Positions 54,970 to 64,000 of a stretch of 64,000 bases of DNA are shown piece after piece (positions within the stretch are counted from its first letter, which is position 1; every line of letters begins with the position of its first letter). The stretch is taken from NCBI GenBank assembly GCA_951406725.2, contig OX597821.1, forward strand, positions 10,664,001 through 10,728,000, written 5' to 3'. Below the pieces are notes generated by a model, which did not search any database, had not been told where the DNA came from, and worked only from the letters and a program-made list of their open reading frames with translations. The stretch comes from Octopus vulgaris. Taxonomy: Eukaryota. A program made the translations under genes and the position numbers.

Positions 54970-55721
54970 TTTGTGTATGTGTATATATGTATGTATATCT
55001 TGATAACAAAGATTTTAGTAGACGAACAAATGTTTATGTACAAGAAATTATAGGATACGTCGCATTTATACATAGACCTGAGTATTTCATGATATCGGAT
55101 ATGAATAGATGCAGATACAAATGGATGCATTTCGATACGGAATGATTAGCAAAAATCCATAACCCAATGCTTTATACAGTGTACGTAGCAACCTCTATAT
55201 TGTATATATTTATTTGCGTTTCCATGGGGATGCATATACTGCTGGCCGTCTCTCACCTATATAGATAGTTTTGTATCTGTAAGTTTACATGAGTTTCACT
55301 TTTGCTGGTAAATTATTTCATGGTGAAATAATATTTGTGGATATGTTGTTTGTGTTGACGGCTGAATTCATATTTTCGATATTTCTAAACGTATATTTAT
55401 TGGCATTATTTATGTTCATTGCTTGCTTGCATAATGTCGAACACCGATTCGTTTTATGCACCTCTACATCGATTATAGAATGCCTGGCTGAAGACTAAGT
55501 GAATTAGAAAAAAAAAAAAAAAAAAAATTATGTCTCTCATTCACTTTTGAAAGGAATATAGCAACTAAAACAAACAAAAAATCGAATAAGTCAGATGTAA
55601 TTATTTTCTACTAAATAACCTTAAAATATAACTAATACAGCATGAAATATCGCAATTTCGAAAATGTCGCAGATATTTAAGATCAATCTTGTTCACTCTC
55701 AAGAATATTTCTTGTTCATTT

Positions 55722-55802
<81 letters not shown>

Positions 55803-55985
55803 ATAGTAGTAGTAGTAGTAGTAGTAGCAGCAGTGGTGGTGTTAGCAGTCGCAATAGTAGTGGTACCAACAGGAATAATAATATTACTAGTAACATCATC
55901 ATCATCGACAAGAACAGCAACAAAAGCAACAATAACAAAATGAACAACAACAACAACAAAAACAACAACAACAATAATAATAATG

Positions 55986-56020
<35 letters not shown>
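55722..56020. repeat. Compound (TAG)n/(CAA)n/(TAA)n microsatellite
   Basis: Directly visible. Confidence 0.92.
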
Positions 56021-56023
<3 letters not shown>

Positions 56024-56615
56024 AAAAAAGAGACTAAGAGCACTATACAGATAGAGCAAGACAGGCTTTTGCCTGGAATTGGAGGACCAACAGTAGAAAT
56101 GAGCAATCGTTTCCTTGTGTCGCATGTGTAATAGAGTGGATGAAACCATTGCTCATATCGTGAACTAAAGCCCTAGACTTACTCAAAACCATAACAAACC
56201 GTGGCGACGCGGTGAGGAAACTGTGCGAAAAGTGTAGGCCAGAGACTAGAATGGAGGAATTGCAGAATACATTCAAAATTCTCTGCTGGAGAATGCTTGC
56301 AGACTAATTTGGAACTTCCCAATCCAAACAGATCAGGTGCTAGACTGTAACATATCAAACCTAGTGGTGATCAACAAGATGCACCACATGTGATATACAG
56401 CTGATGCTGCGTCCTTCTTTAACCCACAAATAATCAAGAAGGAACGCAAAAGAATACATATATACACTCCTCTTAAGTACGAAATAACCCAGCTATAGCA
56501 AATGAAGCGGGGTGCAGAAAGTGCCAGTTATTATTGGGTCAATTAGCAGCGTATCATAAGGCATCAACTGGAATCTGAAGGGAATTGGAATAGAGTGCCT
56601 AGTAGAATTCCTCAT
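56020..56615 (+). mobile_element. Dong/R4-type LINE 3' fragment (CCHC knuckle plus RLE)
   Basis: LCRMCNRVDETIAHIV, ENACRLIWNFPIQTDQVLDCN, YTPLKYEITQL and VPVIIGSI; directly follows a (TAA)n array. Confidence 0.85.
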
Positions 56616-57403
56616 CAATTCCAGCCGAATTTAACGAATATATATGAAGACTGTGTAATACTGCATATAATATTTGTAAACAAACCAGAAAGGCTTTGTA
56701 AATTACGGAAGGAAAGCTACTAAGGATGATTCATAGTATGATAATCGGATGCGCAAGGAACCGGGTTAGAGCTGATTTGTGGGTTCGATTCTGGCTGGGG
56801 TTAGCTCATTATTTTTCGGTCATTTGTATTTAAAAATTGTCGCTTCAAATCGGAGGATACATATTATTATGATACATCCTTAAATGTATTTTATTATATC
56901 ATAAGTCACTGCATGTAAATATGCAACAGTATACAATTATTATGAATAAGCTAACTGGATATCGCTCTTTATATCCTAATTAGTCAAAAAATAAACTGTC
57001 AATTCCTATGGGACTTAAAGTAATTTTACCATGTTACACATCCTCTCACAGAACCAGCCTTGACATTTTACATACAGAAATTCGTTTTGTATCTAGATAT
57101 TATATTCCAGTACTTACTATATATATATATGTATATACATATATATATTTGTGTGCGTGTGTGCGTGTGTTCGCGCACGCGTGTGCGTGCGAGCGCACGC
57201 GTGTGCGTGCGAGCGCGCGATAATTTTTTCTTTTTCTAGAATTACATCTCGAAATTCAATTTTTTTTTTTACAGGACGCAATTTATGCATAAGCTACTCG
57301 ATAACACTAAGGCTGCAGCCCAGAACAAGAGTCTGACGTGATTGTGTACCCATTTCGTATGTGTGTGATTATGCATATAATGTGTGTGTGTGTTTGATTT
57401 TGT

Positions 57404-57450
<47 letters not shown>

Positions 57451-57560
57451 CACATATATATGTGTGTGTATATACATAGATATATGTCTATCTGCATTTC
57501 TGCATTACCTATCTCTTTCTCTCTCTCTCTCTTAATATATATATATATATATATATATAC

Positions 57561-57591
<31 letters not shown>

Positions 57592-57964
57592 GACGGAATG
57601 ATATCTATAAGTAAGCTGTAAGATTTATGTTTCGGATTAACTAAGGCTGGGTTTCTCTTGTTTTCCGAACAGCGCGAAAGTAACCGAAGGTTTGTTAATT
57701 ACATTAGGTTTTTCACAGACATGAATAAATAGATGAAACAACTTCCAGTGGAATGTCTATCGAATTCCTCGACATTATATCACCCTTTCTATATAATGCA
57801 TATACACACACGTATATACACAGGGACATTGACCCATACATACGTATACATGTATATGTATGTATGAATAACTATATATATATATGTAGGTATGTATATA
57901 CAGAGAGAGAGATGGATATACATATATATATATGTAGATAGATATACATACATACATATATGTA

Positions 57965-58012
<48 letters not shown>

Positions 58013-58126
58013 CACATGTGTATAGATATATCACTGCATGCATATATAGATGTAAGTATATATACTTATATAGATATACATATATATCTGTATATATATG
58101 TATGTGTTTATATATACATATATGTG

Positions 58127-58221
<95 letters not shown>

Positions 58222-58431
58222 AGGTGTGTGAGTACTTGTATAATTCTAAAGTCAATTTGTGCGTTGTGAGAACAATACTATATTATGTTCTGTGTTAAAT
58301 ATTTTCCCTCATAAATCCAGTACCTGTCATGAAATCCGTGGCATCTTCAGATTTCTTGCTTCTCTTATGAGCTTACAGCTTCACGTTCGTTCATAAGCAT
58401 TAGTATGTAGTACTAGTGGAACACACACTAC

Positions 58432-58511
<80 letters not shown>

Positions 58512-60932
58512 GTGTGTGTGAAACAATCATTACTCTTTGAAAACATTCCCACTGACATAAGTATGATTTGTAAATTATTATGCAAGACAACTTCTTTAAA
58601 TTAAGATACATTGTTGGATACTATTTTTTGTTGTACCGTAATCTATCGATCCTCGTTTTATATTAGTCACACCTTGTCAGACTTAGTGGCTTGTTGACGA
58701 TAACGGAAATTGGTAGATAATTAACATCGTGCATATTTCGTACTGCTCATGTAAAGTATTATGTCTCCCTTGTAGTAGGGTTGAATAATAGCCAAAATAA
58801 GGGTTTTCATCATTTAATCGACGAGATAGAATATAAGTTTCAAATCTATTTCTTTACAGAAGCTGCAGATATGAAATTATAAATGATATATTGTATGATG
58901 TATTCTGAGTTGTTACACAATCCCGAAAGGAAGCTAGGCTTTACATCACTAGAATAATTTCGCTATTTGTAACTTTGCTTGAAGATCTCCCAAGCTAACT
59001 CACAGGAACACAAATTCCGAAAGCATTGAAGTTGTTTAGTTGAATAAGAAACACCAAAAGTATGATGAAATGGCCGTTAGGGGATCGCTTGAACTATTGA
59101 GAATACATAAAATTCTAACTCAAATCAAAATTAATTCTCCTGTGAAAGGGCAGCTTCAACGGAAAACTTCTACAGCCTTCCACTTGAAGAAATCTATGAT
59201 AATGAAATTTGGAAGAGAAAATCTACATACGAAACATATATATATATACACACAAAATCAAACACACACACACATATATGCATAATCGCACACATTCGAA
59301 ATGGGTACACGATCACGTTAAACTCTTGCTCTGGAAAGTTACTGCATCCTATTGTAGCTTATAAATTTATTACGAGTGAGTACGCTGAACGGTGATAGGT
59401 AAAAAATTCAATGTTAATACAATGTTAATACGAATATCCCAAGAGTCCGTTCAAACTTGTAAACAATCCATTCACCGTGTTTTTAATGAGAAAGATTGCT
59501 CTCTTTAGACATATGGTGTAAAAGACACCCAAGTCACCTAAGTCTCCATAACAGTGAGCAGTTTTCTTCATGACAGAATACGGCGAATGGCTTGTTTCCA
59601 AGTTTGAACGCGCTCGAACTGGTATTACCATTATATTTGTTTTACTTATCATCACTTAGCGCTCTGACTCCTTAATTGTATTACGATCAGCCGTCGACTT
59701 GCGCTACCAGACAACGTATGTTGACTGGAAAAATATGAGATTGTGTCTTTCCTAACAAGCTCGCAGCGCAACCGCCCGGATTCTATGACTACAGAGGAGA
59801 TAACTACACCGAAATGCTTACATTTCATATTCTTGCATTTCACATGTTTGATTTCACAGGTGGTGCTGCAAGCTGATTTGGGTGTCTTTTTTACCTACGG
59901 CGAGATATTTTCACTATCATAACTGGTATTAACATTACTGGTATTAACATTAGTAATTTATTATTGCCTGGCTATAATATAATGTGTGTGTGCGTGTGTG
60001 TGTGTGTGTTTGATATACGTATATGCTTGCATGACTTACATACTTTCCTGTGCATCTGACAGCGCTGAAGCCAACTGTCATTTCCGCTGATTGTCATTAT
60101 TCTTTCGGCGAGAATTCATTGATGTTCTCTTCATATTTCACCTTCTACTTCAAATAAGAGTAGATTGTTTTTCTGCTTGCTTATTTCATTAGTGTTACAA
60201 TATATTATTAATTTTTGCTTTCTGCTCTTTTTCTGACAACTTCATTACGATGCCTGCATTCAGAAAGTTTTATGACACCCACATACACGCACACACCCAC
60301 ACACACACGCACGCACACACACACACACAACACCTGTTCTTACACGTATACAACTACGGAACACATACTACAACATACGGACTCAATTCTGAATAAGTGA
60401 GCATCTGCATGGTCATTGCGCTTGTAAAGGATAGTAATTTTTGATCATTGAAGTCGTACCCTATTTGATTATGTATATTTATATCCATGAATATACAAGA
60501 CAATTGACGTGAAAACCTACTAGATATGAGATGTATACATAAATTTTAAATAACCTCAGTAATTCAGAGGAAACGATACTTTAGGTCCTTTTGTGATCAG
60601 TGCACATGATAAAATTTTCAAAATGTTTGCAGTTAGGATACTTTTATGCACAGGTCTGCAGGTTTAGGAGTGACCTGATCTTCATAAACAGGAAACACAC
60701 TATATTTACAAACTCATATTTTCATACCCACACGCATACACACGCGCACTCACTCACACACACAACATATACGCATACAGACCATATGCCAAAAAAACAA
60801 ACTCGTAGACAGTAAAAGAATCTTCGGTGTGTCACCCTTTTGCAATATCGTGTCCTCTATTTCCTCTATCTTCCCTTCTGTTGGTCTGCTTCCCTGTCTG
60901 TATGTCTCCCTTTGCCTCTTTTCCTCCCCCTT

Positions 60933-60978
<46 letters not shown>

Positions 60979-62759
60979 TCGCGCTCTATCTCTATTACAC
61001 TTAAAAGGCACACAGGATAATCTGGAAATGTCGTTTGAAATTTGAACCTCTCAGATTTTCTTTTTTGCTTCCTCGAAATCGATTTCAGTCGCAAACCGTT
61101 ATTTTCATACATATCCTCACTGTACACAGTTTAAAACTACATTCTATAATGAATCAATCTCTGCCGAGCAAAAATTCCTTTTTTACATATTGATGTATGG
61201 CATGTCGTACAACAACATTATTGTACACGATTATCTCTCAAGCAGGCCTATGTTGATCCTCAGGTCTGTGACCTTTCATCCGTGTTCCGCACATTACCAT
61301 GTTCCGCACATTTCCAAGTTATCGCAGGCAAAGCCGCCTTACCCTATCACCTTATATATGCCCTTACATCCTGTCCTTTCCCAGATCTTAAAGATAATAA
61401 CCATGTCTTCCTACGTAGTTCTCAATGTTTCACGGAAACATTTTATATCAGAAGCAGTTTCTCACTTAATACTATTTACGCCATCGGAGGCGTAGATCAG
61501 AGCAAGAGAGTGAATGATGTCAAAGAAATCCATGGCAAAGTTGCAAAGCAATGATTTTATATGTATACAGGTGCGCATAAATACATAGGTACATACAGGT
61601 GTGCATAAGTACATAGGTACGCACATATTTACATGCACATGTATATGCATGCATGTATGTGACGCGACTATAGATACTTTATGATGTTACCATATTTCAT
61701 TGACAAACAGCCGATGCTATTCGCAAGGTTGTACGTATGAAGGAGATGGATACATAAGTGCACGTTTAAAGACCGTTGTTATTTAAATGTCCATCCGCCG
61801 GTAGGTAGAAGCTTAGATTTAAAGGACTCCGATGAATTCCCCTAATGTTACAGAAATATGAGCTCATTATTTCGGGTACTCTACACTAAAAGCAGGAGAT
61901 GCTATATAGACAGCAAGTTTTCGAAAGCGCTTAATGTAATTTAAGAAGCTAAACTAATGTCCTAATCTTATTCAGACGACACATGATCTATCATGCCAAA
62001 ATGTCTAATATCCTAGTCATTATCAATTAAAAATATAATCCAACGCCCTTGTACAGCCGTTCCAACAGAGTTACACAAGCATAGAATTTTAAAAAAAAAC
62101 ACTCGATGCCAGGAAGATCTTCAAAATGACTTATACATTTATTTTCTTAAAATACTACAGATCATACTCATGTATATACTTTGTGTCATGCACATTCCTC
62201 TCTAGTAAATTATCCAGCTTTATTCTACAAAATATCAAGTACAATTTTCAGACACCAGCAAATGCTGTAGGACGCACAATACCTAATTTCATTACTACTG
62301 TTGCCTATATATATATAAAGCAAATAGTATATGTTGTGCATATCACAGGTATGTGGTATGAACACTAATTTAAAGGAAAGAAACGCTGTGAAACTGAGAT
62401 ATTTCTTTACCTTTGTCTGGAATTTTGTCAAAAGTTTAACTCGGAATTCTTTAGTAGTTTCTAAGTATCTATATTAAATTTATTCCGAACTGTATTCCCT
62501 TGGCTTTCCTAATCACTTTCTTTTGATTTTTTAAGATGCTTTAAGCTAAGTAGAATTCAAACACGCATCACACATGTGTGTATATACTTGTATGTATTTT
62601 CATGTATTTTCGTATAGGTCACACTGCTTATTTTAACATTGATAAAAAAAATCACACGGAAATTCAACTATTCAAACAACTGCACCGACGAGTATATCTG
62701 CGTATGTGTGTATGTGAGCACACGCACACAAATACATGCATACACACACACACACACAC

Positions 62760-62811
<52 letters not shown>

Positions 62812-62812
62812 A

Positions 62813-62873
<61 letters not shown>

Positions 62874-62983
62874 TGTTTGTATATCTCCAAATTAAAAAAT
62901 AAATTATGCATAAATTTATCTGTATATGTGCATGCATGTCTCTGCATGTTTTATGAACATGCGCTTCGATAAACATATACTGA

Positions 62984-63029
<46 letters not shown>

Positions 63030-63035
63030 TATATT

Positions 63036-63066
<31 letters not shown>

Positions 63067-64000
63067 ACATATATACATACACATACACACTCGGCACATT
63101 AATTCAAGTCTACTAGAAAACACATTTGTCAGGATGCATAACAGTGTGTATAAATGGAGGTCTCTTTTTTTTTATAGTGCCGTTAGCACTAGAAACGTTC
63201 GTCTTCATCAGTCAGTATAATCTGCAAATACTTTTCCTGCAGTTCATATTCCAAAGTTGCTCAAAATTGTTATATATAAAAATAAATAAACATATAAAGA
63301 TAACCTCATTTAAAATTTGAGAAGATAAAACTGTAAATAAACCAAGCATTGGAGATATTTTAGTTCGCGTTATTTTCTTTCCTTTTGAGGTTAGAATGGG
63401 TTTTCTGTTGAATATATTATACAACCGTTTTCTTTTTTTTCATAAAAATAATTATTTGGTCTGGCACCATAAAATTTATGCTAATTCTAAAGACAGTATT
63501 TCATCTGTTTAAATCTGTTATCTCTAAGAAAATATAAAAAAAAATAAAACATTTACTTTCACTGATTAAATATAATTTTAGATTCATGTTTTAAGTTTCT
63601 AACTACACTAGTGTCAGTATGTTACAATTTTATAAAATTTTAGAAAAGTTACGTTTGCTTTACAATTCCAGTATTACATTGTATCTGATAGTTTAACGAA
63701 TCAAAACAGAGTTCAAACACTACTGATGAATATGAATGACATAACAGAGAACTATTCTAACAATTCGTGCGCTTTCGCTTCATCTGGTAGTATAATATAT
63801 TTGACAGTTGGTAGGGAAAGAAATAGTTGTAAAGAAATGATGTGAGGGAGAACGCTTTCGGGCAGAATCAACAGAAAGTGGCCGCTAACCACATGTTGGT
63901 TACTACCTACTATAAACAGAATCCAAGGAACATACACAAACAGCTCCAACATCAACCGCTTGAACATAATTCCTCACATACGAGATTAAACAAACATTCG

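Noticed and set aside
57620-57710. Hammerhead-like scaffold on the minus strand (AATTAAC/GTTAATC plus GAAA)
   Set aside because: Core CTAATGT and helices I and III do not fit.
58245-58356. Minus-strand CTGAAGA-TGC...GCA-CAAA between TA arrays
   Set aside because: The GAAA box and cleavage triplet are absent; at best a very old relic.
59580-59800. Tc1-like N-terminal fragment (SKFERAR)
   Set aside because: Too short and decayed; no TIR found.
60044-60097. Possible minus-strand first coding exon MTISGNDSWLQRCQMHRK followed by a GTATGT donor
   Set aside because: Such short ATG-to-donor segments arise by chance; no homology or partner exon identified. RNA-seq would be needed.

Overview
AT-rich, repeat-saturated animal genomic DNA. 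The SINE, LINE and microsatellite repertoire looks like a coleoid cephalopod, probably Octopus (inferred from recalled repeat families, not from a search). No intact host protein-coding gene is supported; almost all listed ORFs are microsatellite artefacts or decayed transposon pieces. Content: several tRNA-derived SINE families, Dong/R4-type, CR1/L2-type and RTE LINE relics, a 5'-truncated Penelope-like element (PLE), a deleted Gypsy LTR element, mariner deletion derivatives and non-autonomous Helitrons. The most striking signal is a set of type I hammerhead ribozyme (HHR) motifs in several unrelated PLE/retrozyme-like repeats. One is a ~940-bp foldback with a hammerhead in each arm. One is a ~466-bp unit with direct and inverted terminal segments. 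One is the PLE 3' pseudo-LTR, where a tRNA-like Pol III head sits just upstream of the hammerhead; a 184-bp derivative of that module lies 1 kb away with its own 12-bp target-site duplication (TSD). All calls were made by eye and boundaries are approximate.
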